This document shows, piece after piece, positions 1 through 12,840 of a stretch of 64,000 nucleotides of DNA. Position 1 is the first letter of the stretch. The number at the start of each line of letters is the position of its first letter. The stretch lies in assembly GCF_963921235.1 (NCBI RefSeq), contig NC_086109.1, positions 8,744,001 through 8,808,000 of the forward strand. Reading direction: 5' to 3'. This DNA comes from Mobula hypostoma (lineage: Eukaryota). The notes beneath the pieces are model-generated. The model did no database searches. It saw only the letters and a list, made by a program, of their open reading frames with translations, and was not told the origin of the DNA. Both the position numbers and the translations under genes were made by a program.

Positions 1-345
1 CTCGGCCACAGTCCGACTCCAAATCCGTCCAAAAACTCCGGGCCTCCGACCAGCTCTCCAACACCGAGCACCGAGCACCATCTCTGCCGAGCGCTTCGAC
101 CCCGGCCCCAGCAACAGGCAATAGGCAAAGCCGAGGATCTGGGGCCTTCCCCTCTGGAGATTCTCAATCGCACAGTAGCAGTGGCAGCGAAGCGGGCATT
201 TCAGAAGTTTCTCCAGGTGTTCCTCCATGCCTCTCATGGCTGTCTCCTTCAAATCAGGATTGTGCACGGCATCCTACTTAACAAATACGATATCAATCAG
301 AACAGCCACGCGCACTGCGTCACGCCGCCATCTTCTCCTCCCGCC
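1..345 (-). mobile_element. Probable 5' end/UTR of a LINE-derived element (Rex1/Babar-like), cut by the window edge
   Basis: CpG-rich stretch. The minus strand begins ggcggaggagaagatggcggcg, a YY1-like AAGATGGCG start typical of LINE 5' ends. No ORF support. Confidence 0.35.
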
Positions 346-499
346 TTCATTTGTCGCATTTCCATCGAAACAGCAAAGCAAACAGTGAGATGCAAAGTTT
401 TGCCTCAATGACCAACACAGACTGGATATGCGCTGGGGGCAGCCTGTAGGAGTTGCCGCGCTTCCAGCGCCAACGTAGCGTGCCCACAACTTCCAAACC

Positions 500-665
500 T
501 TAACTCATAAGTCTTTGGGACGTGGGAGGAAACCGGATCACCCGGAGGAAATCCACACGGTCACAGGGCGAACACGCAACTTCCTTAAAGACCGCGGCAG
601 GAAATGAACGCCATTCTTTCAATCGCTGTCACCTGTCAAGCATCGCGCTTCCTACTACGCTATCA
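500..665 (-). mobile_element. tRNA-derived V-SINE (HE1-like) fragment
   Basis: Core gtctttggga..gtgggaggaaaccgga..acccggaggaaa.ccacacggtcacagg is shared with more than 10 copies in the window. Confidence 0.75.
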
Positions 666-929
666 TGCACAAGAGCAATCGAGCTAGTTCCACTTCCCCA
701 CCCCGCCCCTGCCAATCCTTCCACTGAGATATTATCAGTTCCCTTGCGAAAGCTATGCTTGAATCCACTACTCTCACTTGCTGTGCACTCACTGACACCA
801 ACCACTCGTAAGAGAACCCCTCGTCTTGGGGCCAACGCTCCTCGTTCTTTGCCCTCTAATTCTTGATCCACCCACCCCCTGCTTCCAATGCCAACAGTTT
901 CTCTCCTCCTTCCTTTTCCTTCTTTACTT

Positions 930-1330
930 ACACTCTACACTTTGGGAAGTCAATTGTTACAAGAAAGGCAGCAGTCAATAGCACGGCATCGCTGATGTAT
1001 GGAGGGATCTTGGGAACCAAGTGCGTATATTCCTGTAAGTAGCCACACAATGAAGATGGGTGGTGAAGAAGGCATGTAGTATGATTGCCTTTGTTGGTCG
1101 ACACACTGAGTATAAGAATCAATGAAGTAGTGTTGCCCCAATATAACATTTTGGTTAGACAGCTCTCAAAGTATTGCATTGCAGGAAGGATGTGGAGGCT
1201 ATGGAGAGGCTGCAGACGTTGCTTTCGGGGATGCCGCCTGGATTAGAGAGTATTAGCTATCAGAAGTGGTTGGACAAACTTGGGTTTAATTGCTTTGGAG
1301 TGTCGCAGGCTGAAGGGAGACCTGGTATAA
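930..1330 (+). mobile_element. Degenerate CR1 LINE ORF2 3' fragment
   Basis: Translation includes RKDVEAMERLQ...GMPPGLESISY..WLDKLG, the CR1 C-terminal motif. Confidence 0.75.
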
Positions 1331-1394
1331 ATTTTTTGCCACTCGTCCATCCCTGAATTTAGTGGCTCCACCATTGCTGACCATGCATTGAGCT

Positions 1395-3320
1395 TGCTTT
1401 GCGCCCTTAACTCCTGGTGGAGTCGTCAGGGTGCCATCATGTCAAGCTTTGCGTCAGTCTGTTCCATCCGTCGCGGTTGTGTGCCAGAACCTGGGTCACC
1501 GCAAATGTTTTTCCTGTCCATTCTTTAATGTTGTCCGTCCATCTTTTCCTCTGTCTACCCCTCCTTCTTTTCCCCTCCACAGTTCCTTGTAGAACGGTCT
1601 CTGCAAGGCCACTGGATCTTGTTACGTGGCCGTACCATCTCAGCTTTCTTTTCTTCTCCGTTGTGAGAAGGTCTTCATGGGGGCCAGTGTGGTGCTGGAT
1701 GGTCTTGCTGACCTGCTCGTTTGTAACATGATCCAAGTATGAAATGCCCAAGATGTTGCGATAGCATCTCATTCCCAATGCCTGGATCTTCCTCTGTAGC
1801 TCTGCTGTGAGAGTCCATGTCTTGCATGAGTACAGGAAGATGGAGAATACCGATGCACGCAGGAGTCTGATCTTGTACTTCATGGTGATGTTGCTGTCCC
1901 TCCATATTGTCTTGAGTTTGGATAGTGCAGTCATTGTCTGTGCAGTTCTTGCCAGGACTTCTGGTCTTGATCCTTCATCACTGATGATTGCCCCCAGGTA
2001 TTTGATCTGCTGCACTGTCTCAAGTTTCTGACCATGGACTGAGATGTCTGTTGTGATGGCACCATTGGTATTTGCCATGAGCTTGGTTTTCTCGGCACTT
2101 ATTTCCATTCCAGACTTTGTGGAGACTCTATCAAGATGGCTGACCAGGTTGGCCAGTTCGTCCTCTTTTCCTGCAAGTCCATCAATGTCGTCAGCAATTC
2201 TTAGGTTTGTGATGTTCCTCCCTACAATGCTGACTGTGCCCACATGATCTTCAAGGGCAACACTCATGATCTGTTCCAGGAAGACATTGAAGAGAGTGGG
2301 GGAAAGGAGGCAGCCCTGACAGACTCCTATAGAGGTATGGAACCGCTCCCTGATGGTGCCCTGAGCGAGTACTGCACTGGTTGCCTTGGTGTAAAGCTGA
2401 TGGATTGTATGAATCAGCTTCTGCCCCATGTTGAATTTCTTCATGGTGGCCCATAAGGCATCATGCCAGACTCTGTCAAACACCTTCTTGAAGTCTATGA
2501 AGACATGGAAGAATTCTGGTGCTGAAGGTGTTTCTCACAGAGGATGCGGAGGTTGAAAATCTGCTCAGTGGTACTTCTGCCCTTACGGAAGCCTGCTTGT
2601 TCCTCGGCAATGATGTCTTCTGCCTGAGCTCTCAGTCTGTTCAAGATGATTCTGAGCATTACCTTGCTTACATGGCTGATGAAACTGATGGTACAGTAAT
2701 TCTGGCAAAGTTGGAGATTGCCTTTCATGGGAAGCACAGTGATCAGCGACTGGGTCCAAGGTGTCGGCCATTCACCTGTCTGCCAGATCTCATTGCAGAT
2801 GGTGGTAAGCATGTCTATCATGGCCTCTCCTCCATGCTTCAGCAGTTCAGCAGGGATGTTGTCAACTCCTGCTGACCTCCCACACTTCAGTGATCATATT
2901 GCGGCTTCAACTTCTTCACGTGTGATTGGATAGTCATCCTCATTGGAAGATTCCCGCACGTTCAGCACGCTTGGATCCCCTTCGCTCTGGTAGTTGTACA
3001 GTTCTGAACAGTGCTCTGTCCACCTTTCCATTATTTCCTTTTCTTCTGTGAGACTTTTGCCATTTTTGTCTTGGATGGTGTTTACTTCGGCTTGTTTTTC
3101 TTTGGTAAGATCTTTCACCAGTTGGAATGTCTTCTTTGTGTTGTTGTTGGAGAGGCGGTCTTCGATGTCCACACATTGTTCGGCTATCCATCTTTGCTCT
3201 GCTTCCTTCACTTCCCTCCTGATTTCCTTGTTGATTTTCCTGTATTCTGTTCTTCCCTCTCCTGTGTTCTTATCTTTCTTTAATTTCCTTCTTGTGTCAC
3301 CCATTATCTTGTTCGTGACC
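1395..3320 (-). mobile_element. 5'-truncated RTE-clade LINE; frameshifted reverse transcriptase pseudogene
   Basis: ORFs 2894-3334, 2495-2821 and 1437-2483 carry EEQAGFRKGRST, FDRVWH, GVCQGCLLSPTLFN, LRIADD and KLRWYGHV..R. A 9-bp TSD cattgagct lies at 1386-1394 and 3321-3329. Confidence 0.93.
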
Positions 3321-3619
3321 CATTGAGCTGTCAAGGATCTAAAAACTGAGATTCACTCCCTGAAACCACTCTTACCTTCAGCTTCTTTTTCCTCCTTAAG
3401 CCCATTTTAAACACTAAAGTTGTAGAGCTATAGAGTCGCAGTAATAGGCACTTCAGCCTAACTCATCTATACCGACCAAGTTGTCAAACTGAGCTCGTCC
3501 CATTTACCTGCATTTGGCCAAAATCCCTCTTTATTGTGCAGGTAGACAACAAGGTGCTAGACCATACTTCGCAATCAGAGGTAGATTTTGGGGTCAAAAG
3601 TCCATAAAGAGTCCATATT

Positions 3620-3940
3620 ATTTGAAATACTTTCCATCATTAAGGACGCCCATCGCCGAGGACACGCCCTGCTCTCACTGCTACCATCAGGAAGGAGGTC
3701 CAGAAGCCTGAAGGCACACACTCAGTGATTCAGGAACAGATTCTTCCCCTCTGCCATCAGATTTCTGAATGGACATTGAACCCATGAACACTTCCTCACT
3801 ACTTTTTTATTTCAACCTTTGTAATAGATATGTACTTCTTACTGTAATTTACAGTTTTTATAATTATGTATTGCAATGTTCTGCTGCCACAAAACAAATT
3901 TCACGGCATATGCCAGTGATATTAAACCTGATTCTGATGG
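3620..3940 (+). mobile_element. Rex1/Babar-like LINE 3' fragment
   Basis: Degenerate LLPSGRR..SLKAHTQ.FRN.FFPSAIR end, followed by a (ctgatt)-type tail. Confidence 0.7.
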
Positions 3941-4009
3941 ATAACCACCACACTTAATGATGTATCTTTTGAAACAACAGTTTATTTTATTACCAATTGA
4001 TTGATTTAT

Positions 4010-4270
4010 TTATTGAGATACAGCACAGAACAGGCTCTTCCGGCCCTTCAACCTGCACCACCCAACAATGCTCCGATTTAATCCCAGCCTAGACAAGCGA
4101 CAATTTACAATGACCAATTAACCTTCCAACCAGTACGTCTTTGGACTGTGGGAGGAAACCGGAGCACCCGGAGGAAACCCACACAATCACGGGGAGAACG
4201 TACAAGCTCCTTACAAGCAGCAGAAGGAATTGAACCTGGGTTGCCTGTACTGTATGGCATCATGCTAACA
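4010..4270 (-). mobile_element. tRNA-derived V-SINE (HE1-like), near full length
   Basis: B-box-like ggttcaattcc on the minus strand, V-domain core, and a tail ending tatctcaataaataaa. Confidence 0.8.
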
Positions 4271-5197
4271 AATTCAACAATGAATATCATAGAGTTATAG
4301 ACTAATACAGGACAAAAACTACACCTTCAATCCAACTTGCCTGTGTTGACCAAACTAAGCTAGCTTATCCCATTTGCCTGCATTTGGGTCATATCCCTCT
4401 AAACCTTTCCTATCAAATATCTTTTAAAATTGTCTTTCTAATTATCATAAATTAAATGAATGGTCACTCAATGTAAAATATGGGATAACTCAAACTTTTA
4501 GTATTTACTGTCATTATTGAAATGGAACATGACAAAAAGATGCCCTGGACTTTGATCAGGGGAGGTTAAGTCAAGAGGAGTTGCAGCAATTTATATGGCA
4601 GATGTTCAAGGCCTGGCCAATGCAGGTGTTCTGAGATTGACAGAGAAAAGAAATCTGAAGCCATCTGAAAAGCTACTATCACACAGACGTAATTCAATGC
4701 ACAATCACCCTTCCCTCAATAAACCACCAGACTGTTGTCAAGCATGCTATTGGCAGAGTGTTAACCAGTGCTTTGGGGAAAGAACACAGTCAGAGGAGGG
4801 CAAGGATAGAAAAGGAAAAATCCAGTATCCCAGATTCTAACACCTTGTCTTTCCAAAACCCTGGAATTCTGGAAACACTAGAGGCTCAATCCAGATAAGT
4901 GTGAGGTTGCATTTTAGGAAGAAAAATGAGGATAGGACTTTCACAGTGAACAGTCAGTCCTCGCAGAGTGTTATAGGACAAAGAGATCTCGGAGTACAAG
5001 CACACGTGGTTCCCTGAAAGTGGTGTCACAGTTAGACAGAAGACATTTGGGACTCGGGTCTTCATCAATCTGGGCAATGAGAACAAAAGTCGGGATGGAT
5101 TGTTTTCCTTGTACAATATGTAGATCAAAGTTCAAAGTATAATTTATTATCAGAGCACATATGTGTCACCACATACAAACCACATTCATTTTCCTGT

Positions 5198-5705
5198 GGA
5201 GTACTGTGTCCAGTTCTGGTCGCCTCACTATAGGAAGGATGTGGAAGCACTGGAAAGGGTACAGAGGAGATTTACCAGGATGCTGCCTGGTTTAGAGAGT
5301 AGGGATTATGATCAGAGATTAAGGAAGCTAGGGCTTTACTCTTTGGAGAGAAGGAGGATGAGAGGAGACATGATAGAGGTGTACAAGATAGTAAGAGGAA
5401 TAGATAGAGTGGATAGCCAGCGCCTCTTCCCTAGGGCACCACTGCTCAATACAAGAGGACATGGCTTTAAGGTAAGGGGTGGGAAGTTCAAGGGGGATAT
5501 TAGAGGAAGGTTTTTTACTTAGTACGTGGAATGCACTGCCTGAGTCAGTGGTGGAGGCAGATACACTAGTGAAGTTTAAGAGACTGCTAGACAGGTATAT
5601 GGAGGAATTAAGGTGGGGGGTTATATGGGAGGCAGGGTTTGAGGGACGGCACAACATTGTGGGCCGAAGGGCCTGTACTGTGCTGTACTATTCTATGTTC
5701 TGTGT
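5198..5705 (+). mobile_element. Relatively young CR1 3' end nested in a Rex1 fragment
   Basis: ORF 5163-5522 reads EYCVQFWSPHYRKDVEALERVQRRFTRMLPGL...TRGH. Tail is (ttctatg)n. Confidence 0.9.
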
Positions 5706-6235
5706 TCATGTTCTTCAAATCTATAAAATAGTAACTGTAAACAGGATCAATGAATGAGCAAGTAGAACATAGAAGACAACAAACTATGCAAATGCAAATA
5801 TAAATAAAAAGCAATAAGTAATGAGAAGTTGAAATACTGTAACAAGATAAAGAGTCCTTAAATGAGATCATTGGTTGTAGGAACATCTCAATGGATGAGT
5901 GTAGTTATCCCCTTTTGTTCAACAGTCTGGTGGTTGAGGGGTACTAGCTGCTCTTGGCCTTCTACCTCATGGCAGCAACAAGAAAAGAGCACGGCCTGAG
6001 TGGGTGGGATGACAGTGTTTCATATCGATGTGCCCAATGGTTAGAAGGGTTTCACCCATGATGTACAGGGCCAAATCCACTACTTTTTGGAGGGCTTTCC
6101 ATTCAAAGGCATTGGTGTTCCCATACCAGGCCGTAATGCAGCAAGTCAGCATACTTTCCACCGCACAGCTATAGAAGTTTGACAAGGTTTTTGCTGATAT
6201 GCCGAATCTTCACAGACTCCAAAGCAACTAGAGGA
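5706..6235 (-). mobile_element. Rex1/Babar-like LINE 3' fragment
   Basis: ORF 5967-6185 reads FYSCAVESMLTCCITAWYGN. The rest of its tail lies at about 5125-5197. Confidence 0.8.
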
Positions 6236-6254
6236 GCCATAGAAGCGGCGATGC

Positions 6255-6660
6255 CTGGAGTACAGTGTAGAGTCTTGGTTAACCTGTTACAGGAAAGACG
6301 TCATTAAGTTGGAAGGATTTACATGAACTTGCAGGCCGGAGTTATGGGGAGAGGTTGGACAGGTTAGGTCTTTATTTTTTAGAGTGTAGGAGGCTGAGGG
6401 GTGTGCAGATGCTGCATTGGTGTATAAGATCATGAGGGATGTTGGTAGGAGCAGTCTTTTTATTGCAAAATGGTTTTAATTCACATTCTTGTTATTCCTT
6501 CCAGCAAAAGGGAACCAAAAACTAGAAGGTATAGATTTAATGTGAGAGGGGAAAGATTTAACAGGGAACTGAGGGGCAACTTCATGTATATGGACCAGGC
6601 TGCCAGAGGAAGTGACTGGGGTGGGTAAATTAACAACATTTTAACAGACACTTGGGCAAG
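6255..6660 (+). mobile_element. Degenerate CR1 3' fragment
   Basis: Nucleotide similarity to other CR1 ends in the window (ctggagtac.gtgt.gag, aggaaagacgtcattaagttgga, actagaagg..tagatttaa). Confidence 0.65.
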
Positions 6661-6689
6661 AAAGATAGTGGTTTATTATGTATGTATTC

Positions 6690-7210
6690 ACCTGTACCAT
6701 GATACAGTGAAAAGCTTGCCTTGCGTATTGTTTATACACATCAAATCATTATACAGTGAGATAGAACAAAGTAACAGTAATAATGCAGAGTAAAGTGTAA
6801 CAGCTACAGAGAAAGTGCAGGGCAGATAGACAATACAGTGCAAGATCATAACGAGGTAGATTGTGAGGCCAAGAGTCCATCTTATCATACAAGAGGTCTG
6901 TCCAAGTGTCTGATAACAGTGTCTTTGAGCCTGACTGTACATGCTTTAAGGCTTTTGTATTTTCTTCCTGATGGGAAGAGAATGTCCGAGGTGGTGGGGG
7001 GGAGGGTTTATAATTGTGCTGGCTGCTTTACTGAGGCAGTGAGAAGTGTAGACAGAGTCCACGGAGGGGAGGCTGGATCCTGTGATGTGCTGAGCGATGT
7101 ACAGTTGCCGAACCCAGCCGTGATGTATTTAGACCGAATGATTCCTATGGTGCATTGCTAAAAATTGGTAAGGGTTGATGAGGACATGCTGAGTTTCTTT
7201 AGCCTCCTGG
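6690..7210 (-). mobile_element. Degenerate Rex1/Babar-like 3' fragment
   Basis: Minus strand resembles other Rex ends (..YITAGFGNC.., LPSGRKYKSLKA). The tail is shared with other copies. Confidence 0.6.
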
Positions 7211-7344
7211 ATGTGGCTCAAACAGAAGCGAATGGGGCTAATTGACATGGGCATCTTGGTAAACATGAACAAGATGGATTGTGGGTCTTTCTGCCATGCT
7301 GTCTAAGTCTAGGATTCAAGATTCAGGTTTACTTGTCACATCTA

Positions 7345-9293
7345 CGGTACTGTGCAAAAGACTTAGGCACATATGTATAACTCAGGTGTCTAAGACATTT
7401 GCACAGTACTGTATTTGTCAACGTGGAGCGGAGAGCGAGTTTGTAAATCTGGCAGGAGCAAAGGTTGTTGGGAATGGTGAGGGTGGAACACTGAGGGAGG
7501 GTATGGGGCAGGTGGCAGAGGAGGAGTGCCACGGCAGAGGTGGCACAGATACAGACACACCCGGCCCCAAGACACCAGGCAAGGTCATTTGATTCCAAGC
7601 AATTGGTTTATTGATCATTACAGAATGTCTCTCTGGTGCTTCCCTCTCTCTCCCCTCTCCCTTTTCCTTTTTCCAACCATGATTCCCTCTCCCTGCCCCC
7701 TTCCCACTCTCAGTCCACAATAGGGTGAGGTTTCAAGGTTTCTTGGAGACTAATGATAAAATAAGTCAAAGTCAACATGGTTTCTGTCAAGGGAAATCGT
7801 GCCTGTCAAATCTGTTAGAGTTCTTCGAGGAAGTAACACACAGGGTGGAGAAAGGAGAGGCAGTGGATGTCGTTTACTTGGACTTTCAGAAGGCATTTGA
7901 TAAGGTGCCGCACATGAGGCTGCTGAACAAGATAAAATCCTATGGCGTTACAGGAAAGATATTGGCATGGATAGCAGAATGGCTGGCACGCAGGAGGCAG
8001 TGAGTGGGAATAAAAGGGACCTTTTCTGGTTGGCTGCCAGTGACTAGTGGTGTTCCTCAGGGGTCAGTATTGGGACCGCTACTTTTCACATTGTTTGTCA
8101 GTGATTTAGATAATAGGATTGATGGCTTTGTGGCAAAGTTTGCAGATGATATGAAGATAGGTGGAGGGGTAGGTAGTGCTGAGGAAGCAATGCGATTGCA
8201 GCAGGACTTAGACAAATTGGAAGAATGGGCAAAAAAGTAGCAGATGGAATACAGTGCTGGGAAATGTATGATAGTGCGGACTATTATCTAAATGGGGAGA
8301 AGGTTCAAACTTCAGAGGTGCAGAGGGACTTAGGAGTCCTCGTGCAAAACTCCCAGAAGGTTAATTTACAGGTTGAGTCTGCGGTGAAGATGGCAAATGC
8401 AATGTTGGCATTTATTTATAGACAGACAGGTAGATAGATAGATATACTTTTATTAATCCCGAGGGAAATTTGGTTTCGTTACAGCCGCACCAACCAAGAA
8501 TTTCAAGGGGCATAGGATATAAAAACCAGGAGATAGTGCTGAGGCTTTATAAGACACTAGTCAGGCCGCACTTGGAGCTTTGTCAACAGTTCTGGGCCCC
8601 ATATCTCAGAAAGGATGTGTTGTCATTGGAGAGAATCCAGAGGAGGACGATTCCAGAAATTAAGGGGTTACTATATAAGGACTATTTGACAGCTTTGGGT
8701 CTGTATTCACTGGAAATTAGAAGAATGGGGGGGGCGGTATCTCATTGAAAGCTACCGAATGTTGAAAGGACTAGATAGGGTGAATGTGGTGAGGATGTTT
8801 CCTATGGTAGGGGTATCCAGAACTAGAGGACACAGCCTCAAAACTGAGGGGCAACCCATTAGAACAGAGGTAAGGAGGAACTTTCATAGCTGGAGTGTAG
8901 TGAATTTGTGGAATCCTCTGCCACAGACTGCGTTGGAGGCCAGGTCCAAGCATATCATTAAGGCTGAAGTTGATCGTTTCCTGATCGGTCAGGGCATCAA
9001 AGGATATGGCAAGAGGGCAGGTGTATGGGATTGAGTGGGACCCCGGATCAGCCATGATAGAATGGTGGAGCAGACTCAATGGGCTGAATGGCCTAATTCT
9101 GCTCCTATGTCTTATGGTCTGATAGAGACCTGTATCAGAATCAGGTTTATCATCACTCACATGTCATGAAATTTGTTTTTTTTTTCACAGCAGCAGTACA
9201 GTGCAATACATAAAATTACTACAGTACTGTGCAGAGGTCTTAGGCACCCTAGCTACATACAGTATATGTGCCAAAGACTTTTGCACAGTACTG
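7345..9293. mobile_element. Non-autonomous Tc1/mariner-type composite element bounded by two palindromic mini-MITEs (7345-7411, 9222-9293)
   Basis: Four copies of a 26-bp TIR close to cagtactgtgcaaaagtcttaggcac. Each mini-MITE is flanked by TA, and the outer flanks rejoin as one host repeat. Confidence 0.75.
7724..9123 (+). mobile_element. 5'-truncated CR1 LINE; RT pseudogene
   Basis: SQHGFCQGKSCLSNLLEFFE, YLDFQKAFDKVPH, SGVPQGSVLGPLLF, KFADD. Tail is cctatgtcttatggtct and the TSD is atag. A small foreign insert sits at about 8420-8500. Confidence 0.93.
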
Positions 9294-9894
9294 TACATGG
9301 AAACATACAGTGAAATGCATCATTTGCATTAACAACCAACACACGGGGGTGTATGCTGGGGGCAGCCCGCCCGTGACGCCATGCATTCTGGCACCAACCT
9401 AGCATGCCCACCACGCTTGGCAGAACAACTCAGTCTCTCAATTCCCTGCTTCAAAGCACCACGCCACACAAGCTGCAGTGGTTCAGGAGGCATTCATCGT
9501 TCCCTGCCTCCTCAAGGGCAAAGAGAGATAAGCAACAAAAGCTGGCATGTGAAGGGTGCCATATAAGTGAAGATAATAGAGTGATAGTCAAAGATCTTTC
9601 AGCTGCAACTAACCAGGTTAAACACTTAAGAATAATTGTGATTTACTTTCTCAGGGAAAAAGATTTAGGGGAAGTTTCCACAAGTTTACCTTAAATTTCC
9701 ACTGCCATTTCTGTGAAAAAGTTCTTCCTCATTTTCCTCTGAAAGGCATCTTTCTAATTTTAAGAATGTGGATTCCCCTTTCAGATGAAATAACTTTTCA
9801 CATACTACTGTTTCCAATTACTTTATCATTTTACTTAATTGAATTGTCCCCATCTAAACCAGAGGAGATATAAAAATTGTGAAACCTTTCATAC

Positions 9895-10400
9895 ATACTT
9901 GGAGAGGGTTCAAAGGAAGTTCACAAAAATGATTCCAGGTTTGAGCGGTTTGTCATATGAAGAGTATTTGATGGCCCTGGGCCTGTATTCACTAGAATTC
10001 AGAAGAGTGAGGGGTGACCTCATTGAAAGCTATCGAATGGTAAAAGGCCTTGATAGAGTGGATGTGGGGAGGATATTTCCTTTGGTGGGGTTGCCTAGGC
10101 ACCAGATGGCACAGCCTCTGAATACCGGGGCGTCCTTTTAGAACGGAGAAGAGAAGGCATTTCTTTAGCCAGAGGGTGGTGAATCTGTGGAATCCATTGC
10201 CACAGGCGGCTGTGGAGGCCAAGTTACTGGGTATATTTAAGGCGAGGTTAGTAGATTCTTGATTGGACAGGGCATGAAGGGATACAGGGAGAAGGCAGAA
10301 GACTGGGGCTGACAGGGAAAATGGATCAGCCTTGATGAAATGGTGGAACAGACTCGATGGACCAAATGGCCTAATTCTACTCCTGTTTCTTCTGGTCTGA
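9895..10400 (+). mobile_element. CR1 3' fragment
   Basis: LERVQRKFTKMIPGL...LGLYSLEFRRVRGDLIE followed by a CR1 3' UTR. Confidence 0.88.
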
Positions 10401-12339
10401 CTATGGTCTTTCTCTCCTGTCTTCTCCAAGAACACCTCTTTTTTGTCAGGGTGGTGATAGAAACTGAATTTTGTTCTCTAACGACACACACATTGCTTCA
10501 TGTTATGTTTCTTCAAGAACTTGCAAGACAGCACCTAGCAACTATATTCATGTGACACCCACATTACCATAGTTGGTTTGTCGAAGTTCCCTCTTACAAA
10601 ATTGACGAATCTCAACCCAAAACTTTGAGATATGATATAAAGTTCCCTCTTACAGAATTCAGATAGATAAATAAAATAAGTTAACAATAAGTATTTAATT
10701 TTCAACCCCCGTTTTGTGACATAGGCACAGGTGAGGCAGATTCACATTACGGAAAAGAGCAATACGATACTATTCCCAGAAGCACAACCACCCTGAATGC
10801 AGGGGTGCATTCAGATTCAGATTCAACACTCAGAGTTGAAAGTAAATTTATTATCAGGGTGCATATATGTTACCATATACTGCTGTGGGATTTATTTTCT
10901 TGCGTGCATTCAAGGTAGGTACCAAGAATCACAAGAGAATCAATGAAAAACATACAGTGGAACGTGTCATTTCCATTAACAACCAACGTGGATGTGCTGC
11001 ATGTTAAGTCTTCAATCAGCCGATACCGGCTGAATGTTCCTTGCTCTCTGTAGCATTCTAACCTTGCCACAGAGCAGGCAAGTATCGCAGCTCTCCTATC
11101 TAATAGGATTGGAACATGAGTGTCCACGTAGACATAGAGAGAATGTCAACAGAAAAACTACTGCAGATGTAGAAATCTAAAACGGAAAAAGCAGACACTG
11201 CTGGAAATACTCACCAGGTCAGGCAGCATATGTGGGATGAGAAGCAGAGTTAATTTTCCAGGCCGTTGACCCACCATCAGAACTGAGAAAGAGACAGACA
11301 TATCCACAGGAAGTGTAGGAAAGAGAGGATTTCTCTGATAGGCTAAAAAAAAAGTAGAATAATACGTCCATGATTAAAAATAGATTGCATCCCACTCAAA
11401 TCCATTAAGGCAAATTGCAAAGATTTTCCATAGAAGGGTAATTCCTTTAAGTTAAGTTGCAAAGATTTTCCATGAAAGATATTTTCTAGTCATTAATATT
11501 AAGATCTGTGTTTACCGGATGTTCTCTCACAAACTGAGAGCCCAGCCAGTACCAATATGAAAACATTTGTGGACTTATCCAAGTACCACCTCCAAGCTTT
11601 ATTTAATAGCAACATGTCTTCTAGCAGCAATTAACAAATTAACAAAAAAAATCAAACCACAATCATCTTAAACCATCATTAGTTATTACGATATTAATAT
11701 ATTGAAAATAAATCCGTAAAAAACATGTTTGACCCAGAAAATCTGATACTGTGCTTTCATTTCAATTGTCAGCAATGGCCCCTCGTTTGCTAATCTGAAT
11801 GGGAAAGAACTTGTCAGATTTTCTTGAACTAATGTTGGTCTCTTCAGTAACCCTTAAAGATGCTGTCTTTGCATTCCATTTAACAAGAAATTCAGCTTTG
11901 ATCTTGCATCTAGGCGTTTGACTAGCTGCACAACTAACACTTAATTTTTCTGCAAAGCTTTCAATTTTTTCGATTACTTTGATCAATTTGCATTAGAGAT
12001 TCCAAAATCTCCTGCTCAGAGTGTATACAGATGGCTGATAAGTGCCATTCTTAGATTATAGAGTTGTGGAGAACTACAGCTTATCTTTGTTATGCCCCTG
12101 CCTGTATTTTTTGTAATCTTTCCCAAGCTACTTGTGCATCATTTCTCTAGTCAAGGGAGTGAGTGACGGAGTGGTTAGTGTCAGAGTCACCAAGCATTAC
12201 AGCACTGGTACGAGCCCTTGTGCCCAGTCTCTCTTCATCGTTCTTCATCAGGCAGAAGATACAAAAGCCTGAAAGCACGTACTGCTATCAGACTCTTGGA
12301 CGGACCTCTTGTACAATAAGGTAGACTCTTGACCTTACA

Positions 12340-12840
12340 AATCCTACAAAATGTAGCGGATGCAGCCCAGTCCATCGGGGTAAAGCCCTTGCAACGATTG
12401 AGCACCTCCACAGGAAATGCTGTTGCAGGTCCCCCCACCACCCAGGTCACGCTCTCTTCTCGCTGCCACCCACAGGAAGAAGGTACAGGAGCGTCAGGAC
12501 TCACACCACCAGGTTCAGGAACAGTTACTACCTTGCAACCATCTGGCTCTTGAACCAGAGGGGATAGCTTCACTTGCCTCATCACTAAACTGATTCCACA
12601 ACCAATGGACTCACTTTAAAGGACTCTCCATCTCATGTTCTCAATACTTATTGCTTATTTATTTATTATTATTATTTCTCCTTTTTGTATTGACACAGTA
12701 TGTTGTCTTCTGCACTCTGGTTGAACTCCCAAGTTGGACATCTTCCTTTGATTCTGTTATGGTTATTATTCTATAGATTAATTGAGTATGCTTGCATGAA
12801 AACAAATCTCGGGGTTGTATATGTGCTTTGAACTTTGAAC
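12340..12840 (+). mobile_element. Rex1/Babar-like 3' fragment
   Basis: LQNVADAAQSI.., SGRRYRSVRTHTTRFRNSYYL-type end, and a (tttgaac)n tail. Confidence 0.78.

Noticed and set aside
11762..11986. 74-aa minus-strand ORF as a host exon
   Set aside because: Non-ATG start, no convincing splice sites and no recognisable homology.
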